The notes: generated by a model from the letters alone, not told the origin. A DNA stretch of 64,000 bases from Nannocystales bacterium (GCA_050633305.1 JBOEGF010000027.1:159403-223402), one strand, 5' to 3'. Positions 10,681 through 21,333 are shown, counted from the first letter of the stretch. Program-made: numbers and translations.

Positions 10681-11304
10681 TCACTCCGTCGACTCGCTCC
10701 ACTGCGCCCGCAGCTGAGCCGCCCACCCATCGAGGTCACTGGCCGTCGTCTCGAGCAGCGCCGCGGACTTCGCCAGGCGTCGAAGCTGTGCATCGAGTTT
10801 CTCGCGAGCTCGACGAACCCGGCTCTTCACCGTGCCCTCGGGGATCGCCAGAAGGTCCGCCATTTCAGCGCTCGTCAGCTTCTCCCAATACGTCAGCTCG
10901 AGCACGAGCTGTAGGTCGATCGGGATGTGGCGCAGCGCTTCGAGCAGCAACCGTTGCTCTTGGTGTTTCGCGATCACCCGACTGGGGGCGGGATCCATGT
11001 CGTACGCGGAGATGGTTTCGGGGTCGACCTCCGTCTCCCACCGACTCTTGCGCCGGTAGTGGTGCAGCAGTTCGAACCGCGCGATGCCGAAGAGAAACGA
11101 GCGAAAACTCGTCGCGTCCCTCAGGTTGCCGATCTTCTCCAGACAGGTCGAGAACGTGGTTTGCACGAGGTCAGCCCGACCGCGTGTGACCTTGTTGCCG
11201 AAGAACCGGGCAACCGCGTCGTAGTAGCGAGCAAAAAGAAGCTCGCCTCCGCCAATGTCGCCGTCCTTCCAACGCCGAAGAAGCTCCTCGTCGGAGTCCG
11301 CCAC
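10681..11304 (-). CDS. ECF sigma-70 factor, tandem paralog
   Basis: Long peptides identical to the neighbouring ECF; GTG start inferred. Confidence 0.9.
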   Translation of the reverse strand: MADSDEELLRRWKDGDIGGGELLFARYYDAVARFFGNKVTRGRADLVQTTFSTCLEKIGNLRDATSFRSFLFGIARFELLHHYRRKSRWETEVDPETISAYDMDPAPSRVIAKHQEQRLLLEALRHIPIDLQLVLELTYWEKLTSAEMADLLAIPEGTVKSRVRRAREKLDAQLRRLAKSAALLETTASDLDGWAAQLRAQWSESTE

Positions 11305-11351
11305 CGGACCAAGATACCCCGGGTGGCGGCCCCTCAGACGCCGAAGCGCAC

Positions 11352-11810
11352 CTACGTGGTCTGCGTGAGCGTGTAGGTCTTCCGCCGGAGTCGAACGTAC
11401 GGGTCCAGCGTCCACACGCCGTCGCCCGAAGGCCCCGTCCACCCCGACGGTGCATCGGTCGCGGGGTTGCTCTGGTCGCTAAGCTTGCACTTGACGGTGT
11501 ACGCGGAGTCACACTGCATGACGTCGCCGGGTTCTGAGAAATCCTGGGTGGCGGTTCGAGCCTTGGCATCCACAGTCCAGCCCTCGACCCAGACCTCGGA
11601 GATCTCGTCGTTCCACGTGATCACCACACGCCCTCTCATCTCGCTCCCGCGGTCGGCCGAGGACTCCAGGACGGCGGCCGTAGTGCTGTTGACGACAATT
11701 CCACCGTGGAACAACTGCGGGTAGTTTCCCGTTCGGTCGGAAACCGTTCGTAGCTCGAGGGTCTTGATGGGTTCGGAAGAGGAGGAGGGGTTGTCACGAT
11801 CAGTCGTCAT
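11352..11810 (-). CDS. Hypothetical protein
   Basis: 152-aa ORF whose ATG overlaps the kinase stop (ATGA). Confidence 0.7.
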   Translation of the reverse strand: MTTDRDNPSSSSEPIKTLELRTVSDRTGNYPQLFHGGIVVNSTTAAVLESSADRGSEMRGRVVITWNDEISEVWVEGWTVDAKARTATQDFSEPGDVMQCDSAYTVKCKLSDQSNPATDAPSGWTGPSGDGVWTLDPYVRLRRKTYTLTQTT

Positions 11811-14620
11811 GGTTCGTTTTGCTCGCGGAGTGAGTTCAACACACGTTGTGCCGAGTCGTCGTCAGAAGCAGCAAGAAATCCATCTCGGCTCGCCCGAGCC
11901 AGAGACTGTCCACGCTTGGACTCAACACCGAGAGCCCGGGCCAGCGCCCATTGGGTTTGCGCCAACAGGACGACATCGCCGGGGTGCTCCGTCGCGATCG
12001 CCAACGAGCGCTCGAGAAGCTCTGCTGCCCTGTCGTGATGCCCCTGGGCAACGAGCACGCGGCCGAGTCCCGTCAGTGGGTACGAAAGTCGGGGGTCAGT
12101 GGTGGAGACCTCCCCCTCCAAACGCTTCAGCGCGCTCGAGAAGCGAACGCGAGCTTCTCTGAGGCGGTCGAGTTCAAGCAAGCACTCTCCGAGGTTCGAG
12201 TGGTCCAGTGCCACCAGACCCGGGATCCGTTCGCTCGTGCTCTCGTGCGCCGCCAACACCCGCTCATAGATCTCGAGGGCTTTCTCGGGTTGCTTCAAGC
12301 GCAGGTAGAACGCCGCCAGCGCGCTCTCGTAGTCGGTGCGCTGCGAATCTCCGACCGGGTACGCATCGAGCAGCGTCTCGACGCGCTGCAAGGCACTCAG
12401 TTCGAGCTGCCCTCGCATCGAGTCGAGCTGAGCGCGAGCCAACAGCAGCTGAGCCTGCACCCTGGGCAACCTCCCCGTCTCGAGGATGGGAAGCGCCGCG
12501 TCGAAGTCTGCCGAGGCCGCATCCAGATGACCCACTCCCATGCGGAACAACCCGCGGTTCAACAACGCCGTCCCCACCGAAGGGTGGGACTCGCCGAGTA
12601 GGCGTCGAAAAGCCTGAAGAGCGCGACCGTGCTCGACCTCGGACTCATCGGGCGACCCCGTCCACTCCACGACCCGTGCGCGCGCCTCGAGGGCGTCCGC
12701 GCAAAGCAGGCTGTCCTCTCCAGCGGCCTCTGCACAGTCGCGGAGGGCCTCCTTGCTCGCGGCCTCGGCCGCGTCGAAGTCACCGACCACGAGTGCAAGC
12801 TCCGCATTCGCGTGTGCGAGTTGCGTCCGTCGCTTGGCGCCAGCGCCAGTCCGCTCGAGCTTGGCTTCGGCCACATCACGCCAGCGACGGGCCGCCTGAA
12901 GATCGTCTCTATCGAGCGACAAGAAAACGAGAAGGAGCGCAGCGTCGGCGGCCGCGGTGTCGCATGCGCTGGACTCCGCGAGCTTGAACGCATCCCTCAG
13001 CGACTGCCCCCCGCCATCGGCATCGCGCTGCCGACCGATCTCCGCACGACGAAGCCCGATATCGGCGAGCAACGGCGCGTGGCCAACCTTGGTCGCCAAC
13101 CGCTCCGCGGTCTCCACCAGCGCATCCGCTCGGTCGATGTCCCCCACTGTGAGAGACGCAACACTCTCATCGAGGAGGCTCTGCACGGTCGCGACGTCCG
13201 GCTGTGACGCAGGAGGCGGCTCACCTTGGCCCAGCACCGCCTCCGCCGAGCGACAGTCGTCCAACGATGGAAGGCGCCGGACCACGTCCGCGGCGTGATG
13301 CCGAGGCGCGTCGGTCCCCGCAAGCCCGTCCAGCAGGACATCCACCGTGTTCTCCCTGCGCTCCAAACATGCGCGCTGACGGGCGAGAACCATCTCCGTT
13401 GTCCGCCCGTCGACGCGGGCCGCTTTGCAGGTCGACGCATGCGCTTCGGACCAATCTCTCCCCCATCTGGAGACCGCTGCGTCCAGCGTTTCCCAGGCGG
13501 TGCTCCCCTCCATCGCGGTCTCGAGGGTTGAACGGCGCGGTGGGGACCAGATCCTCGTGGTGGGCGGCTCCGCACAAGGCTGCTCGGGAAGCAGCGCCGT
13601 CCCTGCGGTCGCCAACGCGAGCGCGCCGACGCCGGTCATCCACCATGCTCGACGTCGACGTCCGCGCGCGTTGGGGATCTCCTGCAACGCGTCGACCAAC
13701 GCGGCGAGGTCGGGCCAGCGATCGCTCGGCGACACCGCGAAGCCTCGCCCAACGATCCGCAGGACCGCCCTCGGCGTCCGGCCCGTCCCTCGTTGCACGT
13801 TCCCAGCCTCGATATTGCCGTGGATATCGACGATGCACTTGCCTGCGAACGGACGCACGCCCTCAAGGGCCTCGTACAACGCGACGCAGAACGAGAACTG
13901 GTCGCTGGAGGCGGACACGTCGCCACCGCGCAGCTGCTCAGGCGCCATGTATGCAGGGGTGCCGACCGTCGCCCCGGTCCGCGTCACCGAGACATCCAAC
14001 GAACTCACCGCCGGGAACGTCGCCGCGACATCTTCGTCGAGGAGGTCCGCGGCCCCCCGGGCGAGCCCGAAGTCCAGCACCCGCACCCGCCCCGACTCGC
14101 CGACGATGCAGTTGGATGGCTTGAAATCGCGGTGGACCAGGCCGGCCTCATGCGCCGCCTCGAGGCCGCGGCCCGCCTGGATGAACACGTCGAGTGTGGC
14201 CTCCCACGTTCGTTCCTCGGCCCGCAACCAGGCGTCCAGCGTCTCACCGCGGACCATCTCCATTGCGATGAAGAGTCGTCCGTCGAGGAGCCCGACCTCG
14301 TGCACGGTCACGACGTTGGGATGCGCGAGTTTGGCCAGAGCCAGCGCCTCCCGTCGAAAGCGGTGCTCTGCTTGCCCGACTTCCGCATCCCGCGAGATCA
14401 GCTTCACCGCAACCGTCCGCTGCAGCTCGTCGTCCCAAGCCTCGTAGACGACGCCCATCGCACCGTGGCCGAGGGTATCGGTGACCCGATAGCGCCCAAT
14501 CGTCTGGGGTCGCACAGCACCGCCAAACAGCGCGGCGGCCACCTGCCCCCGCTCACCGAGCAACGAGTCGTCTTCGTGCATCGGAGCCTCGAGGAACCCT
14601 GCGTCGTCCGTCGTGGTCAC
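11807..14620 (-). CDS. Ser/Thr protein kinase with TPR repeats
   Basis: LGHGAMG, VAVK, HRDFKPSN, DFG, GTPAYMAPE; TM; TPRs; start approximate. Confidence 0.9.
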   Translation of the reverse strand: MTTTDDAGFLEAPMHEDDSLLGERGQVAAALFGGAVRPQTIGRYRVTDTLGHGAMGVVYEAWDDELQRTVAVKLISRDAEVGQAEHRFRREALALAKLAHPNVVTVHEVGLLDGRLFIAMEMVRGETLDAWLRAEERTWEATLDVFIQAGRGLEAAHEAGLVHRDFKPSNCIVGESGRVRVLDFGLARGAADLLDEDVAATFPAVSSLDVSVTRTGATVGTPAYMAPEQLRGGDVSASSDQFSFCVALYEALEGVRPFAGKCIVDIHGNIEAGNVQRGTGRTPRAVLRIVGRGFAVSPSDRWPDLAALVDALQEIPNARGRRRRAWWMTGVGALALATAGTALLPEQPCAEPPTTRIWSPPRRSTLETAMEGSTAWETLDAAVSRWGRDWSEAHASTCKAARVDGRTTEMVLARQRACLERRENTVDVLLDGLAGTDAPRHHAADVVRRLPSLDDCRSAEAVLGQGEPPPASQPDVATVQSLLDESVASLTVGDIDRADALVETAERLATKVGHAPLLADIGLRRAEIGRQRDADGGGQSLRDAFKLAESSACDTAAADAALLLVFLSLDRDDLQAARRWRDVAEAKLERTGAGAKRRTQLAHANAELALVVGDFDAAEAASKEALRDCAEAAGEDSLLCADALEARARVVEWTGSPDESEVEHGRALQAFRRLLGESHPSVGTALLNRGLFRMGVGHLDAASADFDAALPILETGRLPRVQAQLLLARAQLDSMRGQLELSALQRVETLLDAYPVGDSQRTDYESALAAFYLRLKQPEKALEIYERVLAAHESTSERIPGLVALDHSNLGECLLELDRLREARVRFSSALKRLEGEVSTTDPRLSYPLTGLGRVLVAQGHHDRAAELLERSLAIATEHPGDVVLLAQTQWALARALGVESKRGQSLARASRDGFLAASDDDSAQRVLNSLREQNEP

Positions 14621-14812
14621 GACCCCCCCACGCTCCTTGTTCGCCGAGTTGTCCACTTCGATAAAGCCCGGTTCGGCGGCCTCGAGATCACAAAAAATCT
14701 CGAAGAGCACGCCTACGCGGATTCTAGGGCGTTTCGCGGAGGTCTGTTGCCGACAATCGAACCGGCCCCATGGCCGCCCTCGACCCCCGGCACGCGGTCT
14801 CACGGCCCCTGG

Positions 14813-16291
14813 TCAACCCGGAGCGCCGAAGTTTTGCGTCCAGTAGTGCGTGTAGGGACTACCCGGGGCGTTGTAATAGCCCACGCCCAACTCGGAGAAT
14901 GCGGCGTTCATCAGGTTCGAGCAGTGGCCGTCGCTGTCGAGCCAGCCCTGCACCACCGCCTCCGGCGACGATTGTCCGGCCGCGATGTTCTCGCCCCACG
15001 TGGAGTAGTCGTACTCGGCCAACTGGATCCGCGGGCCGGGCCCTTGGCCATCTAAGTTGGTGTGCGAGAAGTACCCGTTGTCCCCCATGTCCTTGGAGTG
15101 GTTCCGGGCCGCGCAGGTCAGGGCGGGTTCATACACGACGGGGTCTGTCGCCGGAAAGTTGCCTTCGGATCCGCAGTCGGTCGGCGTGGACCGGGCTTCG
15201 TTGACCAACGCGATCACGTCGAGCTCCCAGTCGACCCACCCGTCGTTCCAATCGTGCACAGGCATGCAGTACGCGTTGTCGGGTAGACCACCGTCGTTGG
15301 GAAGCTCGCAGCCATTGGTACAGCTGTCACCGTCGTTGTTGTTGCCATCGTCGCAGTCCTCGCCGGCCTGCACGTAGCCATCACCACACTCGGGGAGTTC
15401 GCACCCGTTGGTACAACCATCGAGGTTGCTCGCGTTGCCGTCATCGCACCCCTCGCCTTCGTTGGGCTGGAGGATTCCATCACCACACGTCGGCAATAGG
15501 CAGGCGTCGGTACAACCATCGTCGTCGTCGCCATTTTGCCCATCATCGCAGGCCTCACCACCCTCGACCTCACCGTTGCCACAGGTCTCGAACTGACACG
15601 TGGGGCTGCACCCATCGTCGGGAGCCGTGTTTCCGTCGTCGCAAGCCTCGTCCCCTCCTGGACCGTCGTGAACGAACCCATCTCCGCATGCTGCGGCCTC
15701 GCAAGAGGTCAAACACGCCCCATGGTCGCTGTTGCTCGCCCCGTCGTCGCACGCCTCGCCTGGTTGCACGAAGCCGTCACCGCATGACGCCAGCACGCAG
15801 GTGCTCGTGCACTCGTCGTCATCCACTGCGTTTCCGTCGTCGCAGGCTTCGCCCTCGTCCAGCGTCCCGTCTCCGCAGTTGGGCAACGCACAACTCGACG
15901 TGCAGGTGTCGCCGTCCTCGAGGTTGCCATCATCACAGCCTTCACCTGGGCCGAGCGCACCGTCGCCGCAGACGTTCTGCGAGCAGTCCGTCTTGCAGGA
16001 CCCGCTTTCCGAGTTCGCGGCGCCTTGGTCGCAGGATTCTCCCTCCTGCACGACCCCATCGCCGCAGGCTCCGTCCGCCCCCGGGACACCGTCTCCGCCG
16101 GAGCTTCCGCCATCACTGTCATAGTCGTCGTCGTCGCTCGAACCCCCGGCTCCGGTCCCCGACGCGCCTGGATCCGCATCGCTTCCGTCTGTCGCCTCGG
16201 GGTCCCAGGCTTCGGTGTCGACGCCCTCAGGCAACCCGACGTAGCAGCCGCCAAGCCAGCACAATGCGAGTCCGAGCCAGCGCGACCTCAT
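14813..16291 (-). CDS. Lipoprotein with Myxococcus Cys-rich (DUF4215-like) repeats and C-terminal CAP/SCP domain
   Basis: Lipobox LGGC; repeated CGDG...E.CDDGN..DGC; HSKDM..YFSH, GENIAAG, WLDSDGHCSN. Confidence 0.88.
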   Translation of the reverse strand: MRSRWLGLALCWLGGCYVGLPEGVDTEAWDPEATDGSDADPGASGTGAGGSSDDDDYDSDGGSSGGDGVPGADGACGDGVVQEGESCDQGAANSESGSCKTDCSQNVCGDGALGPGEGCDDGNLEDGDTCTSSCALPNCGDGTLDEGEACDDGNAVDDDECTSTCVLASCGDGFVQPGEACDDGASNSDHGACLTSCEAAACGDGFVHDGPGGDEACDDGNTAPDDGCSPTCQFETCGNGEVEGGEACDDGQNGDDDDGCTDACLLPTCGDGILQPNEGEGCDDGNASNLDGCTNGCELPECGDGYVQAGEDCDDGNNNDGDSCTNGCELPNDGGLPDNAYCMPVHDWNDGWVDWELDVIALVNEARSTPTDCGSEGNFPATDPVVYEPALTCAARNHSKDMGDNGYFSHTNLDGQGPGPRIQLAEYDYSTWGENIAAGQSSPEAVVQGWLDSDGHCSNLMNAAFSELGVGYYNAPGSPYTHYWTQNFGAPG

Positions 16292-16505
16292 GCCATAGAC
16301 TGTCTCCCGACAGTGCCGCTCTCCCAAGTGGGGACTTGGTGCCGGACACTACCAACCCCGCGCCTCAGACGGACCTGGCCCGGTAGGACATGTCGCTATC
16401 GAGGCTGTGGCGCCCCACCCATGGCGTGCGATGTGGACCCCGACACCCAGCAGAGATGGTCACGCCACCTACACGCAGCACGATCCGCGGGCGACCCCCG
16501 CCCGC

Positions 16506-17000
16506 TCACCGGCCGAGACCGCGGAGCATTCCCGGCGGGAGCATGGCGTGAAGCCGACCTCCGCCTCGCACCGCCCGGTCGATGGAGAGCGAGCAGAGCC
16601 CCGCTTTCTTCAACCGCAAAACCGAGCCATCGCACCCCACCACGTACGCGACCAGCGCATCCAGGCTCGGCGCATGACCGACGCACAACGGCGCGTCGAA
16701 CTTCTTCGCGACGATCGCCTTGAGCATCGTCGCCGGCTCCCCGTCGGAGACCAGCGAAGACACCTGCTTCAAGGGCACCTCCGGCGCGAGCGCATCGTGG
16801 ACAATGTCGGCGGTCTGCCGGGCGCGCAAGTACGGACTCGTCAGGATTCCGTCGATCTCCAGCCCGATCCGGCGCAGACCGGTGGCCACGGCACGCGTCC
16901 GTGCAACCCCCTTCTCGGTCAGGGGTCGTTGTGGGTCAGGCGGGCAGCGCGGGTCTTCGCGGTCGAACGCGATGCCATGGCGCAGCAGGTGAATCCACAC
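16506..17000 (-). CDS. sixA: Phosphohistidine phosphatase SixA
   Basis: LLRHG, RPLT..G, SPYLRARQTA, VGH.P. Confidence 0.85.
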   Translation of the reverse strand: MWIHLLRHGIAFDREDPRCPPDPQRPLTEKGVARTRAVATGLRRIGLEIDGILTSPYLRARQTADIVHDALAPEVPLKQVSSLVSDGEPATMLKAIVAKKFDAPLCVGHAPSLDALVAYVVGCDGSVLRLKKAGLCSLSIDRAVRGGGRLHAMLPPGMLRGLGR

Positions 17001-17094
17001 CGCAAAAGTTTACCAGCCCAGCGCAACTCTCATCACCCGGGCGTCGATTCCCCACTTGGCGGAACCTCATGTCCGGGAGTACACCTGCACAGAC

Positions 17095-18591
17095 ATGCCG
17101 GCACGCGCCAAGCAACTCGCGGCGGTCGACCTCGGGTCCAACAGCTTCCACATGATGATCGCGCGGGTTCGCAGCGGTCAGCTCGAGGTGATCGATCGCC
17201 TCAAGGAGCGTGTGCAGATGGCGGCCGGATTCGACGACGCAAACAACCTCACCGAAGACGCCATGACGCGTGGGTTGGCTTGCCTCGAACGCTTCGGCCA
17301 ACGCCTCGCCGACCTCGACAGCGTGGACGTCCGCGCGGTGGGCACAAACACGCTCCGCAAGGCCAAGAACTCCAGTGAGTTCCTCGATCGGGCCGAGGCC
17401 GCACTGGGACACCCCATCGACGTCATCTCGGGCCACGAGGAGGCGCGCATCATCTACCTCGGCGTCGCCCACTCCCTCGCGGACGACACCGGACGACGCC
17501 TGGTCATCGACATCGGCGGCGGCAGCACGGAGTTCATCATTGGCGAGCGCTTCGAACCTCGCCGAGTCCAGTCCGTCCACGTGGGTTGCGTGAGTCACAC
17601 GCTCCGATTCTTCCCCGAGGGCAAACTGCGGCGCGAGGCATTCCGCGAGGCCACCACTGCGGCCCGGGTGGAGATCGAGACGTTCGAACGCGAGTTTCGC
17701 CGAACGGGGTGGGTGAGCGCGGTCGGGAGCTCCGGCACGGTCACCGCGATCGACGAACTGCTACGCGCCAACGGCTGGAGCAACGACGGCATCACCCGCG
17801 CGGGTCTGCGTCAGCTTCGAGAGCACCTGATCGACGTCGGCCGCCTGTCGAAGGTCAGTCTCCCCGGACTCTCGCCCGAGCGAAAGCACGTGCTCCCCGC
17901 AGGTCTGGCGATCCTCCAAGGCGCGTTCAAGAGTCTGAAGATCGACCGCATGTCCGTCTCTCCGGGGGCGATGCGCGAAGGCCTGCTCTACGACACGATT
18001 GGCGGCAACACCCACGAGGACGTCCGCGTCCGGGCGATCGAGTCGCTGCTCGAGCGCTATGACGTCGACCGCCGTCACGCCAACTGTGTCGAATCCACGG
18101 CGCTGCGCTGCTTGGACCAAGTCGCCGCCCCCTGGTCCCTGCACCACCCCGAGCATCGCTGGATGCTCTCATGGGCTTGTCGGCTCCACGAAGTCGGCCT
18201 CAGCCTTTCGTACAGCGGCTACCACAAACACGGCGCGTACCTCGTCGCGAACTCGGACATGGCCGGGTTCTCCCGGGGTTCGCAACATCAGCTCGCCGGA
18301 CTCATCGAGTCCCACCGCCGCCGCATCAAACCGGCGTTGTTCGATCGCCTTCGCGAGTTGAGCGATGGGGACTCCGGTGCTCGTCTCGCCGTGTTGCTTC
18401 GGCTCGCCGTGACGCTCAATCGGAGCCGAGACCCGCAGCCTCTGCCACCGTTTCAGATCACGGCCGCCGGCCAAGCCATCGAACTCCGTTTCGGTCCAGC
18501 CTGGCTCGACAAGCGCCCGTTGACCCGAGCGGACCTGACCAACGAGCAAACCTACCTCCGCGCCGCGGGCTTCGAGCTCTCGTTCGAATAG
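17095..18591 (+). CDS. ppx: Exopolyphosphatase Ppx/GppA
   Basis: AAVDLGSNSFHM, ISGHEEAR, DIGGGSTE, C-terminal LHEVG HD-like domain. Confidence 0.92.
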   Translation: MPARAKQLAAVDLGSNSFHMMIARVRSGQLEVIDRLKERVQMAAGFDDANNLTEDAMTRGLACLERFGQRLADLDSVDVRAVGTNTLRKAKNSSEFLDRAEAALGHPIDVISGHEEARIIYLGVAHSLADDTGRRLVIDIGGGSTEFIIGERFEPRRVQSVHVGCVSHTLRFFPEGKLRREAFREATTAARVEIETFEREFRRTGWVSAVGSSGTVTAIDELLRANGWSNDGITRAGLRQLREHLIDVGRLSKVSLPGLSPERKHVLPAGLAILQGAFKSLKIDRMSVSPGAMREGLLYDTIGGNTHEDVRVRAIESLLERYDVDRRHANCVESTALRCLDQVAAPWSLHHPEHRWMLSWACRLHEVGLSLSYSGYHKHGAYLVANSDMAGFSRGSQHQLAGLIESHRRRIKPALFDRLRELSDGDSGARLAVLLRLAVTLNRSRDPQPLPPFQITAAGQAIELRFGPAWLDKRPLTRADLTNEQTYLRAAGFELSFE

Positions 18592-18641
18592 GGCGGCGCC
18601 AGGGGCCTCGACTCGCGAGGCTCCGCGGCTCGGCAGCGCGC

Positions 18642-19406
18642 CTACTTGCAGGCGGATTGCATGCCGCCTTCGCACGCTTGGGTGCGTAGCGCGGCGGCTT
18701 GCTTCCTGGATTTCTTCCCGCCCAGGCCCTTCTCCCACGCGAGCGCGAGGCCGTAACAGCCACCCATGTCACCGCCGTCGCAAGCCTGCTGGTACTTCGC
18801 GCGAGCGCCCTTGGGGTCCTTGTCGCCACCTTCGCCGAGGATCATCAGGCGGGCCAAGTTGCTGCAGCCGGGCATCTCCCCCGCATCGCAAGCTGCACCG
18901 TAGTGACCGCGGGCCTGCGCAGCATCGGCGTCGCCGCCCTTCCCTTGCTCAAACATGATCGCGGCGTTGAAACAGGCGCCCTCCAGCTTGGACTCGCAGG
19001 TCTTCGCGAACAGCGTCCGCGCCTTGTCGAGTTCGGGCGCTCCGCCGCGCTCGGTCTGCAGAAGGATCGCCAGGTTGTAGCAGCCCAGCTCATGCCCGCC
19101 TTCGCAGGCCGTGTCGTAGTAGCCCCGAGCCTTGGCCTCGTCCTTGGGACCTTCGCGACCTTGCTCCCACATCACGGCAAGCGCCGTACAGACTTCCGGC
19201 TTCTTCTCTTCTTCGCAGGCCCGGATGTGGTTCGCACGAGGATCGACGGGTTCCTCCGGCTCGGCGGGCGCCTCCGCCTCGACAGGCGCCGGCTCGGGCT
19301 CGGGGGCCACGGTCGCAGGTGCGGCATCCTCCGGGACGGTGGTGGGCGTGTCCTTGTTGCAAGCGCTCAGCGCCGCGAGGGAGCAGAGAAGCACGAGAGT
19401 TCGCAT
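18642..19406 (-). CDS. Sel1/Hcp-like repeat lipoprotein
   Basis: Lipobox LSAC; repeated AC..G...GC.NLA.....G.GG. Confidence 0.85.
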   Translation of the reverse strand: MRTLVLLCSLAALSACNKDTPTTVPEDAAPATVAPEPEPAPVEAEAPAEPEEPVDPRANHIRACEEEKKPEVCTALAVMWEQGREGPKDEAKARGYYDTACEGGHELGCYNLAILLQTERGGAPELDKARTLFAKTCESKLEGACFNAAIMFEQGKGGDADAAQARGHYGAACDAGEMPGCSNLARLMILGEGGDKDPKGARAKYQQACDGGDMGGCYGLALAWEKGLGGKKSRKQAAALRTQACEGGMQSACK

Positions 19407-19501
19407 GGTTGGCATCCTTAGCACGACCCCGCAGCGCGGAGAACACGTCGCGGGTTCGTTGCGGGGCCCAGTGCCATGGACTCCGCCCCTGGCCGGCCCC
19501 C

Positions 19502-21301
19502 TCAGTGTCTGGTGGGCGTACCGGGTGTGAGCTGGAGCTCCATCGCTGCGCCACCACGGTCGATCATGACCGGGATGGTCTCGCCGGGCACCAGCTCACC
19601 GAACGCCGCCATGTAGTCATCGATGCTGTGAATCTCGCGCGCGCCCATCTTCTGGATGATGTCGCCCTTTTGAAGTCCAGCCTGCTCCGCGGGCCCTCCC
19701 TCGCGAACCCCGGAGAGCTTCAGCCCATCAACCTCCGCGGCGTAGTCGGGGATCGTCCCAAGCGAGACCTTGAACGCACGGCGGCCCGCGGGCGCCTTGG
19801 TCTTGGTCTTCTGGAACTCGAACGCAACCTGCTCGTGCACGACATCGTCGACCACACCCAGCGCGAGGTCCGTGATCTTGGCCATGCCCTCGAAGTCGAG
19901 CTTGTCAATGTCGTCGGAAGGCTTGTGATAATCCGAGTGCGCCCCGGTGAAGAAGTGCAGCACCGGAATGCCATCGTCATAGAACGCGGCGTGATCCGAA
20001 GGACCCTGTCCGTCGACCTTCGTCGCGACGCTCAGGGAGGTCTCCTGTGCCTCCAGTAGCGGCACCCACTGCGGGGCCGTGCCCACACCCGCGACCACAA
20101 CCTCGTTATTCTCGAGGCGGCCGATCATGTCGAAGTTGACCATGGCGATGATGCTCTCGCGTCGCACATCGTCAAGGTTCTTCACGAAGTAGCGCGAACC
20201 GAGCAGTCCCATCTCCTCCGCCCCAAACGTGAGGCACAGAACGTCGAAAGGACGCTGGGCGTCGGGAAGTCGTGCGAGCGCGCCACACAGCTCCAAGACG
20301 CCCGCGACGCCCGAGGCGTTGTCGTCGGCGCCGTTGTGGACCGCAACCTCTCCGGGCGCCAGCGAGCTCGACGTGCCCATGCCCAGGTGGTCATGGTGCG
20401 CTCCGACGACGACCATCTTGGAGGACGTGCCGTTTCCAACGATCAAGCCCGCGACGTTGGCGGTCTCATGCACGACCCGCTCGACGTCGCTGCGCATCGA
20501 CGCGGGCTCCTTGCTTTTCGTCCCCAGCGTGATGCCTGGCGAATCGGGGTCGACCTTGGGCCCGGGTTTGCGCAGGCCAAACCCTGAGAGCAACGCGAGG
20601 TTGGCCTCGGACCCGACCGCGAGCGCAGGCATTCCGAGCGCGTCGGCCCGACCGTGGTTGGGGAACGCGGCGGCGGAGGTGGGGTCCCACAGGACGAACC
20701 CCACAGCCCCCCGATCCCGGGCGGCGATCATCTTGTTCTGCGGGCGCGTCGCGCCGGGAGGAAGGTGCGGGTTGTTCGAGGGGCCTCCGGCCAGCGCCAC
20801 AACGATGCTGCCCTCGACCGCAGCCTTGATGCCCTTGTAGTCTCCATCGCCGCCGCCCTGCTCGGTGATGCCGTACCCAACGAAGACCAACGGAGCCTCC
20901 GTCGCCCCCTTTGCGGCGGTCCCTTGCGCAAACGGGAGCAGGCTGTGAGGCACGGGTCGGCCCGCGACCACGAGACTGGACTGCCCCCCCTCCACCAGAC
21001 GGACACCGTCGACAACCTCGAACGCCTGGCGGAACGTCAGCCCGAAACCCGGCTCCAACCCCGCCGCTCTCATTTTGCTTTCGATGTAGTCCTGCGTTGC
21101 CTGGTCCCCGGCCGTTCCGGGCGCACGTCCGGCCTGCGCATCGTCGGCAAGAAAGTCGACATGCTGGGTGAGCACCGCAGCCGACACGCCCTCGGGGGCT
21201 AGTCGCTGCGCAGGCTCGGGAGGCTTGGGCGGCGGCGAGGGCTGCTGTTCACAACCAGCCACGAGCAAGCAGAACGCCAGAGTACGCGCGGTTCGGACCA
21301 C
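19502..21301 (-). CDS. M28 family peptidase with PA and PDZ domains, lipoprotein
   Basis: GAHHDHLG, GADDNASG, GAEEMGLLGS, SDH, DYHKPSD; C-terminal LGTIPD..GPAEQAGLQKGD. Confidence 0.9.
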   Translation of the reverse strand: MVRTARTLAFCLLVAGCEQQPSPPPKPPEPAQRLAPEGVSAAVLTQHVDFLADDAQAGRAPGTAGDQATQDYIESKMRAAGLEPGFGLTFRQAFEVVDGVRLVEGGQSSLVVAGRPVPHSLLPFAQGTAAKGATEAPLVFVGYGITEQGGGDGDYKGIKAAVEGSIVVALAGGPSNNPHLPPGATRPQNKMIAARDRGAVGFVLWDPTSAAAFPNHGRADALGMPALAVGSEANLALLSGFGLRKPGPKVDPDSPGITLGTKSKEPASMRSDVERVVHETANVAGLIVGNGTSSKMVVVGAHHDHLGMGTSSSLAPGEVAVHNGADDNASGVAGVLELCGALARLPDAQRPFDVLCLTFGAEEMGLLGSRYFVKNLDDVRRESIIAMVNFDMIGRLENNEVVVAGVGTAPQWVPLLEAQETSLSVATKVDGQGPSDHAAFYDDGIPVLHFFTGAHSDYHKPSDDIDKLDFEGMAKITDLALGVVDDVVHEQVAFEFQKTKTKAPAGRRAFKVSLGTIPDYAAEVDGLKLSGVREGGPAEQAGLQKGDIIQKMGAREIHSIDDYMAAFGELVPGETIPVMIDRGGAAMELQLTPGTPTRH

Positions 21302-21333
21302 GGTCGGAGGCTACTTCAGGCCCGTCTCGCCGG

